NCBI RefSeq assembly: GCF_000014785.1
Contig: NC_008340.1
Location: 3,243,945 to 3,275,944 of the forward strand
Direction: 5' to 3'
Length of the DNA stretch: 32,000 nt
Origin: Alkalilimnicola ehrlichii MLHE-1
Lineage (GTDB): Bacteria; Pseudomonadota; Gammaproteobacteria; Nitrococcales; Halorhodospiraceae
Part shown: positions 1 to 8,796 of the stretch, in pieces
How positions within the stretch are numbered: the stretch's first letter is position 1
Layout of the letters: each line of letters starts with the position of its first letter
Program-made: the position numbers and the translations under genes
Notes under the pieces: model-generated
What the model was told of the DNA's origin: nothing
Database searches by the model: none
The model's input: the letters and a program-made list of their open reading frames with translations, nothing else

Positions 1-686
1 ATACAGCCGTTGTCCACAAAGGCGGCCATACCGCGCTTCTGCTGGTCGGTCAGCGCATCCAGGTCACCCCGCAGGTAGCGATCGAACGGCGAGTTCGGGG
101 TATTCAGGGTGCGCTGGAAGCTGGCCAGGGCCTTGGCGACGTTATCCGCTTTGATCGGCTGGTCATCGCCCGGGTAGGCCGCCGCGAACTTCGCCTGGTA
201 CTCATCGAACTCCTTGAGCCGCTCCAGGGCTGCGTCCAGGTCCATGGCCATCTCGATGTCTGCCTCGATCGGCCCCAGGGCCTGACCCTCCAGGTCCGGC
301 TCGCGGCCGTCCCAGAACTGGGCCTCGAAGAAGCCGGAGTTGAGCACCGTGGGGGTGTTACGCTCGCCTACCTGGCCCTCGTGACCCACCGCCCGCGGAA
401 TGCGGTCGGCCCAGCCGAGCGCCGGGTTGTGACAGGTGGCACAACTGATAACACCGCTGGACGAGATGCGCGGCTCGAAGAAGAGCATCTTGCCCAGTTC
501 GATCTTCTCCTTGGTCAGGGAGTTATCCGCCGGAATCGGCGGCAGCGCGGGCAGTGGCTCGAACCGGTCGGCATACTGGCTGTAGAAACCGTCTTCCGCA
601 CTGGCGGTGCTGGCGGCAAAGGCCAGAATGCAGCCCATTCCCAATGCCGGGATCGCCTTGCGGAGGTGTGTCCCCAGGCTTGTCAT
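1..686 (-). CDS. Di-haem cytochrome c peroxidase (CCP/MauG family), C-terminus beyond window edge
   Basis: Own translation of the minus strand from ATG (complement of 684-686): MTSLGTHLRKAIPALGMGCILAFAASTASAEDGFYSQYADRFEPLPALPPIPADNSLTKEKIELGKMLFFEPRISSSGVISCATCHNPALGWADRIPRAVGHEG...; signal peptide, CxxCH haem motif (CATCH) and the family pattern 'LGKMLFFEPRIS'. Open to position 1. Confidence 0.9.
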   Translation of the reverse strand, partial: MTSLGTHLRKAIPALGMGCILAFAASTASAEDGFYSQYADRFEPLPALPPIPADNSLTKEKIELGKMLFFEPRISSSGVISCATCHNPALGWADRIPRAVGHEGQVGERNTPTVLNSGFFEAQFWDGREPDLEGQALGPIEADIEMAMDLDAALERLKEFDEYQAKFAAAYPGDDQPIKADNVAKALASFQRTLNTPNSPFDRYLRGDLDALTDQQKRGMAAFVDNGC

Positions 687-731
687 AGTGCGCCTCCTTA
701 TCTGTTGACGCTGGCGTGGTGAACCCCTTTG

Positions 732-755
732 CAGAGCATCAAGTCAAATGCTCTG
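732..755. promoter_or_regulatory. Dyad CAGAGCAT-N8-ATGCTCTG in the divergent ccp/msrP intergenic region (possible operator)
   Basis: Perfect 8-bp inverted repeat (732-739 / 748-755) between divergently oriented genes. Confidence 0.35.
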
Positions 756-798
756 TAATTGTTCCAAAATGAAGGTACGGTAGGTATTAGTAGCTTAC

Positions 799-819
799 AA
801 CTGAGCGAAATACTCAGTT
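799..819. promoter_or_regulatory. Dyad AACTGAG-N7-CTCAGTT in the msrP leader
   Basis: Perfect 7-bp inverted repeat ending 36 nt before the msrP ATG. Confidence 0.3.
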
Positions 820-855
820 TTGCCGTCGATCAATTCTCTTGCTGGAGTGCCCGCC

Positions 856-1803
856 ATGGCCCGCTATCGCTATCCGAAGATCCCGGAATCAGAGATCACC
901 CCGGAACCGCTCTACCGGGCCCGGCGCCGGTTTTTCCGCCAGGGCGTCGGCTTGGCCGTCGCGGCCGCGGCACCGGGGCTGCTGCTGCGCCCGGCCGCCG
1001 CCTGGCAGGGGGCTCTGGACGAGGCCCCCGGCAGCGGGCTGTCCACCGACGAACCGCTGACGAGCCTGGATGACATCACCTCCTACAACAACTTCTACGA
1101 GCTGGGCACGCGCAAGCGCGACCCCTCGGACTGGGCCCATCAGCTCCAGACCGACCCCTGGACCCTGAGTATAGAAGGCGAGGTGAATAAGCCAGGGGAA
1201 TTCGACCTGAGCGATGTCATCCGGCCGGATGAACTGGAGCAGCGCATCTACCGCCTGCGCTGCGTGGAGGCCTGGTCCATGGTGATCCCCTGGGTCGGCT
1301 TCGAGCTGCGTAAGCTGCTGGAGCGCCACGAGCCCACCGACCGCGCCAAGTACGTGGTCTTCGAGTCCATCCACGACCCGGACAACCTGCGCGGCCAACG
1401 TCGCGGCATCATCGACTGGCCCTACCGTGAGGGGCTGCGCATGGATGAGGCGATGCACCCGCTCACCCTGCTGGCGGTGGGGCTGTACGGCAAGCCCATG
1501 CCCAACCAGAACGGCGCGCCCATCCGTCTGGTGGTGCCCTGGAAGTATGGCTTCAAGAGCATCAAGTCCATCGTGCGCATCCGCCTGCAGGAGGAACGTC
1601 CGGTCAGCGCCTGGGAGGCGATGTCACCGGAGGAGTACGGCTTCTACGCCAACGTCAACCCCCACGTCGACCACCCCCGCTGGTCGCAGGCTCGGGAGCG
1701 CCGGATCGGGGAACCGGGGCGGCGGGAGACCCTGATGTTCAACGGCTACGAGGAGGAGGTCGCCCACCTTTACGAGGGCATGGACCTGGAAAAACACTTC
1801 TGA
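856..1803 (+). CDS. msrP: Protein-methionine-sulfoxide reductase, catalytic molybdopterin subunit MsrP (YedY)
   Basis: [41 protein letters not shown] (Tat-like RR signal), '[15 protein letters not shown]', '[23 protein letters not shown]' with Mo-ligand Cys, C-terminal '[23 protein letters not shown]'; followed by msrQ. The provided ORF starts upstream at 820; ATG at 856 preferred. Confidence 0.96.
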   Translation: MARYRYPKIPESEITPEPLYRARRRFFRQGVGLAVAAAAPGLLLRPAAAWQGALDEAPGSGLSTDEPLTSLDDITSYNNFYELGTRKRDPSDWAHQLQTDPWTLSIEGEVNKPGEFDLSDVIRPDELEQRIYRLRCVEAWSMVIPWVGFELRKLLERHEPTDRAKYVVFESIHDPDNLRGQRRGIIDWPYREGLRMDEAMHPLTLLAVGLYGKPMPNQNGAPIRLVVPWKYGFKSIKSIVRIRLQEERPVSAWEAMSPEEYGFYANVNPHVDHPRWSQARERRIGEPGRRETLMFNGYEEEVAHLYEGMDLEKHF

Positions 1804-1804
1804 T

Positions 1805-2404
1805 ATGGATCATCAAAAGACCGCCATCCACGGCTTCCGTGTACTGGTCCTGGTGGCGTGCGCCACGCCGGCCCTGTGGCTGGTCTGGGCCTGGTTCAAC
1901 GCCGGATTGGGGGCGAACCCGGCGGAGGCCGTGGTCCACTTCACCGGCCGCTTCGGGCTGGCGCTGCTGCTGGCCACCATCGCCTTGGGGCCCGCCTTCC
2001 GACTCAGCGGCTGGGTGGGGTTCATGGTCGCCCGCCGGCAGTTGGGGCTTTGGGCCTTCTTCTGGCTGGTGGCCCACGCCCTGGCCTGGATGGGGTTGGA
2101 TCAGTACTGGGACTGGCCCTGGATCTGGCAGGACCTGTGGGGGCTGGAGTACATCCGCTACGGACTGGCGGGCCTGGTACTGCTCGTGCCCCTGGCCCTG
2201 ACCTCCTTCCGGGCCGCCCAGCAGGCCCTAGGCAGGAGCCGCTGGCAGTGGTTGCACCGGCTGGTCTACCTGTCCGCGGCGCTGGGGGTGGTGCACTTCT
2301 GGATTCTCACCCGGGCCGATTACCGGGATGTGGTGATCTACGGGGCCGTGCTGGCCGCCCTCGCCGCCTTCCGCCTCGGCTGTGCGGTCGTGGACCGGCG
2401 CTGA
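1805..2404 (+). CDS. msrQ: Haem-binding membrane subunit MsrQ (YedZ), ferric reductase-like
   Basis: 199 aa polytopic protein with '[22 protein letters not shown]', '[20 protein letters not shown]', '[19 protein letters not shown]'; immediately follows msrP. Confidence 0.93.
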   Translation: MDHQKTAIHGFRVLVLVACATPALWLVWAWFNAGLGANPAEAVVHFTGRFGLALLLATIALGPAFRLSGWVGFMVARRQLGLWAFFWLVAHALAWMGLDQYWDWPWIWQDLWGLEYIRYGLAGLVLLVPLALTSFRAAQQALGRSRWQWLHRLVYLSAALGVVHFWILTRADYRDVVIYGAVLAALAAFRLGCAVVDRR

Positions 2405-2450
2405 TGAGGATCGGCTTGGCGCCCGCGGCGGGCTGGGGGACAATGGCCCC

Positions 2451-3071
2451 ATGAATCCGATCTATTTCCAGGCCCGCTTTCTCACCAGTGCGCCGGACCT
2501 GCGCCGCATGCCGCCCGACCAGGGCCGGGAGGTAGCCTTCGCCGGCCGCTCCAACGTGGGCAAGTCGAGCGCCATCAACACCCTGACCAATCAGAAGTCG
2601 CTTGCCCGTACCAGCAAGACCCCGGGCCGCACCCAGTTGATCAACGTCTTCCCGATCACCGACGAGGCGGCGTTGGTGGACCTGCCCGGCTACGGCTACG
2701 CCAAGGTGCCCGCCGCCGTGCGCCGGCGTTGGGATCAGGTGCTGCCGGAGTATCTGGCCGGCCGCCGCGCCCTGCGCGGCGTGGTGCTGGTAATGGATCT
2801 GCGCCACCCGCTCACCGACTTCGACCGCCAGATGTTGGACTGGTGCGGCCATATCGGGGTGCCGCTGCACGTCCTGCTCACCAAGGCGGACAAATTCAAG
2901 GCCGGGGCGGCGCGCAACCGGGGGCAGAATGTGGGCCGGCAGCTACGCGCCGAGTGGCCCGGGGTGACCTGGCAGATCTTCTCGGCCAGCAAACGGATGG
3001 GCGTGGACGAGGCCCACGCGCGGCTGGATGAATGGCTGGGCCTGGGCCCCGCCGCGGGGGAGGGCCGCTGA
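2451..3071 (+). CDS. engB: Ribosome biogenesis GTP-binding protein YsxC/EngB
   Basis: Start taken at ATG 2451 ([25 protein letters not shown]...); P-loop GRSNVGKSS, '[13 protein letters not shown]', '[12 protein letters not shown]', 'LLTKADKF'. Confidence 0.95.
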   Translation: MNPIYFQARFLTSAPDLRRMPPDQGREVAFAGRSNVGKSSAINTLTNQKSLARTSKTPGRTQLINVFPITDEAALVDLPGYGYAKVPAAVRRRWDQVLPEYLAGRRALRGVVLVMDLRHPLTDFDRQMLDWCGHIGVPLHVLLTKADKFKAGAARNRGQNVGRQLRAEWPGVTWQIFSASKRMGVDEAHARLDEWLGLGPAAGEGR

Positions 3072-3091
3072 GCAGCCCGCCCGCCGGCGGG

Positions 3092-3748
3092 TCAGAATCG
3101 GTAACTGAGCGCCACCGAGATGACCGGATAGTACTTCAGGTCTTCCAGGTCGTCCTCGAGGCTCTCTTCCTCTCTGCGGACATCCTCGCGGAACTGTTCT
3201 TCCAACACCGGGTTGTTGGTGGTCCCGTCCAAGCGGACTCGCGGGGAGCCGGTGAACAGGACGCCGATATCGGACGAGAAGGACAGCCGGCCGCCGGCCA
3301 GCGCATTGCCCCAACCGATACCCAGGTAGGGGGCAAACCTGCGCCAGTCCACCTCGGCATCCAGACGCGCATCGTAGACGCCCTCGCCGATCGGCAGCCC
3401 TTCCTCCTGGGCCGAGCCGCGGAACTCGTTGCCGTTGTAGAACCCGCCGGCGCTGAGCCGGAAACGCCCCCCGAAGGGGTACCAGTCCGCCAGCACCCCG
3501 GCGCTGCGCACCTTCAGGGTGCCGTCATATTCAATGTCGTCCTCTTCCACATCGGTACTGTAGTCGAGCCCCGATACCGAGGCGCGCAGGTTGACCCGGT
3601 CACTCACCCCCAGGGTGCCCTCCAGACCCAACCCCGTGGTGCCGGCCTTTACGCCGACGGCGAACGGGCCAGCCGCATGGCCGGTACCCGCGCTGAACAA
3701 CAGGACCAGGGCGAGGGCAATGCCCCCGACGGCGCGGCGTTTTTTCAT
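3092..3748 (-). CDS. Secreted outer-membrane beta-barrel-like protein
   Basis: MKKRRAVGGIALALVLLFSAGTGHAAGPFAVGVKAG... signal peptide, alternating beta-strand composition, C-terminal 'VISVALSYRF' with terminal Phe. Confidence 0.7.
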   Translation of the reverse strand: MKKRRAVGGIALALVLLFSAGTGHAAGPFAVGVKAGTTGLGLEGTLGVSDRVNLRASVSGLDYSTDVEEDDIEYDGTLKVRSAGVLADWYPFGGRFRLSAGGFYNGNEFRGSAQEEGLPIGEGVYDARLDAEVDWRRFAPYLGIGWGNALAGGRLSFSSDIGVLFTGSPRVRLDGTTNNPVLEEQFREDVRREEESLEDDLEDLKYYPVISVALSYRF

Positions 3749-3767
3749 ATCGTCTCTTCCCGATAAC

Positions 3768-3788
3768 GCGAAAGGTTTAATCTTTCGC
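3768..3788 (-). promoter_or_regulatory. Hairpin GCGAAAG-N7-CTTTCGC just upstream of the outer-membrane protein gene
   Basis: Perfect 7-bp arms (3768-3774 / 3782-3788), about 20 nt upstream of the start codon. Confidence 0.3.
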
Positions 3789-4046
3789 ATCATAAGCGGG
3801 TTCGCCATGCCCGATCCAGGGGTCAGCACGGCCGGGGGAAAACGCACAAAGAAAAGGACCCCGGTCCCTGGGGGGAGGGAACCGGGGCCAAGCTTGACCC
3901 GGCCTTGGGGCGAGCCGGGTGCAGAAGCCCGCTAGAAGAGGAGGGAAGCGGGCGGCGCCAGCGTCGGCGCTCATTGATTAAGACTAGCCCGGCCGCAAAA
4001 AGTTTCCCGGCCGGCGAAAAAAATTTGGCCCGAGTGGGGTTCGCCC

Positions 4047-4535
4047 TTATGCCCGCCGGGCGAGCACGGCATACAGCCCCAGGGCGCCAAGGGCCAGGTA
4101 CCCCACCAGGGTCCAGCCGGGCAGGGGCACACCCAGCACCGCGTCCACCTGGGTGCAGTCGGTGGTGCCGGAGAGGATCTCCAACAGCACCTCCCACCAA
4201 GGCAGAAACTGGGCCAGCACCTCGGGCGACATACCACAGCTGACGGCATCGGGGTTGGCCTGAATGTAGAGATGGCGCAGGGCGATGATCACGCCGGTCA
4301 GGGCACTCAGGCCCAGGGCGCCGGCCAGCGGCCAGCGGCCCCAGCCCCGGGGGAAGTACACCAGGCCCACTAGCGCCACCAGCGACATCAGACCGAAGAC
4401 CCCCCGCTGCACCCAGCAGAGCGGACAGGGGGGCATGTCCGCCAGGTATTCCAGCCCCAGCGCCCCCAGGTTCAGCAGCAGTGTGAGCACCAGGAGCAAA
4501 GCAAGCCCCCGGCGCCGGAGCAGCCAGTCACCCAT
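4047..4535 (-). CDS. dsbB: Disulfide bond formation protein B
   Basis: MGDWLLRRRGLALLLVL...; 'CPLCWVQRGVF' redox motif plus second periplasmic Cys pair (VSCGMS...TDCTQ); four hydrophobic segments. Confidence 0.93.
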   Translation of the reverse strand: MGDWLLRRRGLALLLVLTLLLNLGALGLEYLADMPPCPLCWVQRGVFGLMSLVALVGLVYFPRGWGRWPLAGALGLSALTGVIIALRHLYIQANPDAVSCGMSPEVLAQFLPWWEVLLEILSGTTDCTQVDAVLGVPLPGWTLVGYLALGALGLYAVLARRA

Positions 4536-4604
4536 ACGCGCCCCCTGCGGCGACGCCGGTCTGCGACCCCGCCATCCCACCCCGGTTGCCCGGCCAGTGT
4601 TTCA

Positions 4605-7343
4605 TCAATGGGCCCCCTCCCAGTCGTCGGCCACGCCCACATCGACCTCCAGCGGCACGGCCAGTTCCCCGGCCGCCTGCATGCGCTCGCGCAGCCCCTC
4701 CGCCACCGCCGGCACGTCCGCTGCCGGCACCTCCAGCACCAGTTCGTCGTGGACCTGCATGACCATACGCGCCTTGGAATGCGCCTCCGTCAGCCAGGCG
4801 TCCACCGCCACCATGGCGCGCTTGATGAGATCGGCCGCGGTGCCCTGCATCGGCGCATTGATGGCGGTGCGCTCGGCATACTCCCGGCGCTGGCGGTTGC
4901 GGGCATTGATCTCGGGCAGGTAGAGCCGGCGACCGAACAGCGTCTCCACGTAACCGCGTTCACGGGCCTCGGCACGGGTGCGGTCCATGTACTCTTTGAC
5001 CCCGGGGTAGCGCTCAAAATAGCGGTCCACGTAGGCCTGGGCCTCGCCGCGCTCGATGCCCAGCTGCCGGGCCAGGCCGTAGGCGGACATGCCGTAGATC
5101 AGACCAAAGTTGATGGCCTTGGCCGCCCGCCGCTGCTCGCCGCCCACCCGTTCGGGTGCGAGACCGAAGACCTCGGCGGCGGTGGCGCTGTGGATGTCCG
5201 CACCCTCGGCGAACGCTTGGCGCAGCCCCTCATCCCCCGACAGGTGGGCCATGATCCGCAGCTCCACCTGGGAGTAGTCCGCCGCCAGCAGCTTGCAGCC
5301 GGGCTCGGCGACGAAGGCCTTGCGGATGCGCCGGCCCTCGGCGGTACGCACCGGGATGTTCTGCAGGTTGGGATCGGAGCTGGACAGCCGCCCGGTGGCG
5401 GCCACCGCCTGATGATAGCTGGTGTGCACCCGGCCGGTCTTCGGGTGGATCAGCCGCGGCAGCTTGTCGGTGTAGGTGGTCTTCAGCTTGGCCAGACTGC
5501 GGTAAGCCAGGATCAACCGCGGCAGCTCGTAACCGCGTGCCGCCAGCTCCTCGAGCACCGACTCGGCGGTGGAGGGCGCCCCCTTGGGGGTCTTCTGCAG
5601 CACCGGCAGGCCCATGCGTTCGAACAGGATCTCCTGAATCTGCTTGGGGCTGGAGAGGTTGAAGGGTCCTTCCGCCTCCTCGTGGGCGCGTTGTTCCAAC
5701 GCGGCCATGCCCTCGGCCAGTTCCGTACTCTGCTGCTCCAGCAGTGCTCGGTCCACCTTCACCCCGTGACGCTCCATGCGCGAGAGCACCGGCAGCAACG
5801 GCATTTCGATAGCGTGGAACACCTGCACCAGCCGTCCCTCGGCCTCGAGCCTCGGATAGAGCGTCTGGTGCAGACGCAGGGTGATATCGGCATCCTCCCC
5901 GGCATAGCGTGTGGCGGTCTCCACCGCCACCTGGGCGAAGGGGATCTGCTTGGCGCCCTTACCGCAGACATCCTCGTATTTCACGGTGGCACGGCCCAGG
6001 TACTTGAGGGCCAGGGAGTCCATATCGTGACGGCTGGCGGTGGAGTCCAGCACGTAGGACTCGAGCATGGTGTCGTAGGCCACACCCTCCAGGTGGATGT
6101 CGTAGCGGGCCAGCACGCTCATGTCGTACTTGAGGTTCTGCCCGACCTTGGCGCGGTCCGGGTCCTCGAGCAGCGGCTTGAGCGCGGCCAGCACCCGGTC
6201 GCGGTCGAGTTGCGTCGGGGTATCGGGGCCTTCATGGGCCAGCGGGACGTAGGCGGCCTCACCCGCCCCCACCGCCAGCGCCACCCCGACGATCTCGGCA
6301 TCCATGTAGTTGAGGCTGCTGGTCTCCAGGTCGAAGGCGAACAGCTCGGCTGACTCCAGCCGGCGCAACCAGTCGTCGAAGGCATCCGCGTCGTCCACGG
6401 TGTGGTAGCGGGCGTCGTCACCCTCGCCGGCGCCACCGGCCGCGCCCGGCCCGGCCGGGGCCACCTCGCCGCCGCTGTCGCCGTCACCATTCAGCAGCTC
6501 GCGGAGCAGCCGGCGGAACTCATACCGCTGGTAGTACTCGCGCAGTCGCTCCACGTCCGATTCGCCGGGTTTCAGGTCCTCCGGGCGCTGGTCCAGGTCC
6601 AGGTCGCAGCGGATGGTGGCCAGGTCCTCGCTCAACGCCAGCTCGTCCAGGTGCGCGCGCAGGCTCTCCCCCACCTTGCCCTTGACCTCATCGGCGCGGG
6701 CCTTGAGGGCGTCCAGCGAGCCGAACTGATTGAGCCACTTGGCAGCGGTCTTGGGGCCGACGCGGGGGACACCGGGGATGTTGTCGGAGCTGTCCCCGAC
6801 CAGGGCCAGGTAGTCGATGATCCGCTCCGGCGGCACGCCGAACTTCTCCTTCACCCCGGCCTCGTCCAGGCGGGTGTCGTTCATGGTATTGAGCAGGGTG
6901 ACCTGCTCGTCCACCAGCTGGGCCATGTCCTTATCGCCGGTGGAGATGACCACCGGCTGACCGGCCTCAGCGGCCTGCCGGGCGAGGGTGCCGATGACGT
7001 CGTCGGCCTCCACGCCGGGCACCTCCAGCAGCGGCAGGCCCATGGCGCGGATAATGTCCTTCAGCGGCTGGATCTGGGCGCGCAACTCGTCCGGCATTGG
7101 CGGGCGGTGGGCCTTGTACTGATCGAACAGCTCGTCACGGAAGGTGCGCCCGGGGGCGTCGAAGACCACCGCGATCCGCTCCGGCCGGTAGTCGTCGAGC
7201 AGCTTGCGGACCATGTTGAGCACGCCGTACATGGCGCCGGTGGGTTCACCGTCTTTGTTGGTGAGCGGCGGCATGGCGTGGAAGGCCCGATAGAGGTAGC
7301 TGGAGCCGTCCACCAGAATCAGGGGCTTGCGGGCGTCAGACAT
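4605..7343 (-). CDS. polA: DNA polymerase I
   Basis: MSDARKPLILVDGSSYLYRAFHAMPPLTNKDGEPTGAMYGVLNM... ; 5' nuclease, 3'-5' exonuclease ('FAFDLETSSLNYM') and polymerase motifs ('LAADYSQVELRIMAHLSGD', 'KAINFGLIYGMSAYGLA', 'MVMQVHDELVLEVP'). The provided ORF is N-terminally extended. Confidence 0.98.
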   Translation of the reverse strand: MSDARKPLILVDGSSYLYRAFHAMPPLTNKDGEPTGAMYGVLNMVRKLLDDYRPERIAVVFDAPGRTFRDELFDQYKAHRPPMPDELRAQIQPLKDIIRAMGLPLLEVPGVEADDVIGTLARQAAEAGQPVVISTGDKDMAQLVDEQVTLLNTMNDTRLDEAGVKEKFGVPPERIIDYLALVGDSSDNIPGVPRVGPKTAAKWLNQFGSLDALKARADEVKGKVGESLRAHLDELALSEDLATIRCDLDLDQRPEDLKPGESDVERLREYYQRYEFRRLLRELLNGDGDSGGEVAPAGPGAAGGAGEGDDARYHTVDDADAFDDWLRRLESAELFAFDLETSSLNYMDAEIVGVALAVGAGEAAYVPLAHEGPDTPTQLDRDRVLAALKPLLEDPDRAKVGQNLKYDMSVLARYDIHLEGVAYDTMLESYVLDSTASRHDMDSLALKYLGRATVKYEDVCGKGAKQIPFAQVAVETATRYAGEDADITLRLHQTLYPRLEAEGRLVQVFHAIEMPLLPVLSRMERHGVKVDRALLEQQSTELAEGMAALEQRAHEEAEGPFNLSSPKQIQEILFERMGLPVLQKTPKGAPSTAESVLEELAARGYELPRLILAYRSLAKLKTTYTDKLPRLIHPKTGRVHTSYHQAVAATGRLSSSDPNLQNIPVRTAEGRRIRKAFVAEPGCKLLAADYSQVELRIMAHLSGDEGLRQAFAEGADIHSATAAEVFGLAPERVGGEQRRAAKAINFGLIYGMSAYGLARQLGIERGEAQAYVDRYFERYPGVKEYMDRTRAEARERGYVETLFGRRLYLPEINARNRQRREYAERTAINAPMQGTAADLIKRAMVAVDAWLTEAHSKARMVMQVHDELVLEVPAADVPAVAEGLRERMQAAGELAVPLEVDVGVADDWEGAH

Positions 7344-7377
7344 TAAGGTCTCCTGGCGAGTCAATCGGCACATTTCC

Positions 7378-7486
7378 GGGTCAGCGGGGTGTGGACGCGG
7401 GGGTGGGTGTTCCCGGGGGCCTTCGAGCGCGCACCCCTTCGGGGTGCCCGGGAACACCCACCCCCGCGTCCACACCCCGCTGACCC
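7378..7486. repeat. Intergenic palindromic element, short member (40-bp perfect arms, 29-nt centre)
   Basis: Arms 7378-7417 (GGGTCAGCGGGGTGTGGACGCGGGGGTGGGTGTTCCCGGG) and 7447-7486 are exact reverse complements; centre carries GCGCACCCCTTCGGGGTG, extending to a 21-bp identity (7429-7449) with 11068-11088. Confidence 0.9.
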
Positions 7487-7595
7487 TGCCGTTGCCGGCA
7501 ATGCTACCACCTCCCGGCCCGAATGGTGGCGGCATCCCACAGCGGGTCGCCACTGCGGTTATGATAGGGGGACACGCACCCGGCGCGGAGCAGCC

Positions 7596-8321
7596 ATGGA
7601 CCAACACGAGCTCTTCGGTAACGGCAGCCTCAACCCGCTCAACGACTCCCTCATGAGCCGCGAGTCCTGGAAGATCTTCCAGATCATGGCGGAATTCGTC
7701 GAGGGCTTTGAGCGGCTGTCCCAGATCAAACCCTCGGTGAGCGTCTTCGGCTCCGCCCGTACGGCGCCGGATCACCCCTATTACAAGCTGGCCGAGGACC
7801 TCTCCCGGGCACTCTCCGACGCCGGCTTCTCGGTGGTCAGCGGTGGCGGGCCGGGCATCATGGAGGCCGCCAACAAGGGCGCCCATGGGGGCAAGTCGCC
7901 CAGCATCGGGCTGAACATCCAGCTCCCCCACGAGCAGTCGGGCAACCCCTACCAGGACATCAGCCTCAACTTCCGGCACTTCTTCAGCCGCAAGGTGATG
8001 TTCGTCAAGTACGCCTCCGCCTACGTGGTCCTGCCCGGCGGATTCGGCACCCTGGACGAACTGGCCGAGATCCTCACCCTGGTGCAGACGGGGAAGACAC
8101 GCCGCATCCCTATCATTCTGGTGTACAAACCCTACTGGCAGGGCCTGGTGGACTGGTTCCGCGACACCCTGGTGGCCGAGGGCGCCATCAACGCCGAGGA
8201 CATGGACCTCTTCCAGGTGCTCGACGAGCCCACTGAGGTGGTGGACGCCATCTTCGCCCACTATGAGGACCGCGGTTTCGAACCCTCCCGCCGGGAGCGC
8301 GAGATGCTGCTGGACCTCTGA
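7596..8321 (+). CDS. LOG family protein, TIGR00730-type Rossmann fold
   Basis: MDQHELFGNGSLNPLNDSLMSRESWKIFQIMAEFVEGFE...; 'SVFGSART', 'VVSGGGPGIMEAANKGA', 'VVLPGGFGTLDELAEILTLVQTGK' (PGGxGTxxE motif). Confidence 0.92.
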   Translation: MDQHELFGNGSLNPLNDSLMSRESWKIFQIMAEFVEGFERLSQIKPSVSVFGSARTAPDHPYYKLAEDLSRALSDAGFSVVSGGGPGIMEAANKGAHGGKSPSIGLNIQLPHEQSGNPYQDISLNFRHFFSRKVMFVKYASAYVVLPGGFGTLDELAEILTLVQTGKTRRIPIILVYKPYWQGLVDWFRDTLVAEGAINAEDMDLFQVLDEPTEVVDAIFAHYEDRGFEPSRREREMLLDL

Positions 8322-8403
8322 CCATCCCGCCGGCATACGGCCGGGACACCCTGCCGGCACGAGGCCCGCAGCCCCATTCAGGACACACCGCGAGGAGCAG
8401 GAC

Positions 8404-8781
8404 ATGAACGCAGCCGCTATCCGCCCACGTCAGCGCCCGCCCACCCACCTCTTGCTTGCGCTGGGCCTGGGCACCGCCCTCGCCCTGGCAGGCCCCGTCA
8501 GTGGGGAGGAGGAGGGCCCGATTGTCACACCGCCGCCGGCGCCGGAGGAGCTCACCGAGGGCGAGCCGATCGAGCCCACGGTCCGCATCATCCGCCGGGA
8601 GTGGGCCACCATTGAGGAGTTCTCGATCCAGGGTCAGATCTACGCCGTGCGGATCACGCCGGTGGTGGGCCCCCCCTACTACCTGATCGACACCGACGGC
8701 GACGGGGTGCTCAACCACCGGGCGGAGTACGACCCGCTGCGCGAGCCCAAGATCCACCGCTGGGAACTGCTGCGCTGGTAG
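8404..8781 (+). CDS. Small exported DUF2782-like protein
   Basis: MNAAAIRPRQRPPTHLLLALGLGTALALAGPVSGEEEGPIVTPPPAPEELTEGEPIEPTVRIIRREWATIEEFSIQGQIYAVRITPVVGPPYYLIDTDGDGVL...; signal peptide and typical conserved tail. Confidence 0.75.
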   Translation: MNAAAIRPRQRPPTHLLLALGLGTALALAGPVSGEEEGPIVTPPPAPEELTEGEPIEPTVRIIRREWATIEEFSIQGQIYAVRITPVVGPPYYLIDTDGDGVLNHRAEYDPLREPKIHRWELLRW

Positions 8782-8796
8782 GCTGGCCGGCGGTGC

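Noticed and set aside
11-19. DnaA-box-like TTGTCCACA near the left edge
   Set aside because: Deviates from consensus, isolated, and inside the cytochrome c peroxidase coding region.
3960-4030. GC-rich dyad CCGGCCG...CGGCCGG with A/T runs downstream of dsbB
   Set aside because: Possibly a weak terminator, but arms are short and the T-tract is not positioned after the stem in the dsbB direction; not strong enough to call.
4608-6353. 581-aa plus-strand ORF antisense to polA
   Set aside because: Spurious antisense ORF from high GC3; polA motifs fully occupy the opposite strand.
7378-7486. CRISPR repeat or IS terminal repeats as an explanation for the long inverted repeats
   Set aside because: There are no direct repeat/spacer units, and the 29-nt centre is far too short to encode a transposase.
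7344-8405. N-terminal extension of the polA ORF
   Set aside because: It runs through the LOG gene and the palindromic element; canonical PolA begins at MSDARKPLILVDGSS (7343).
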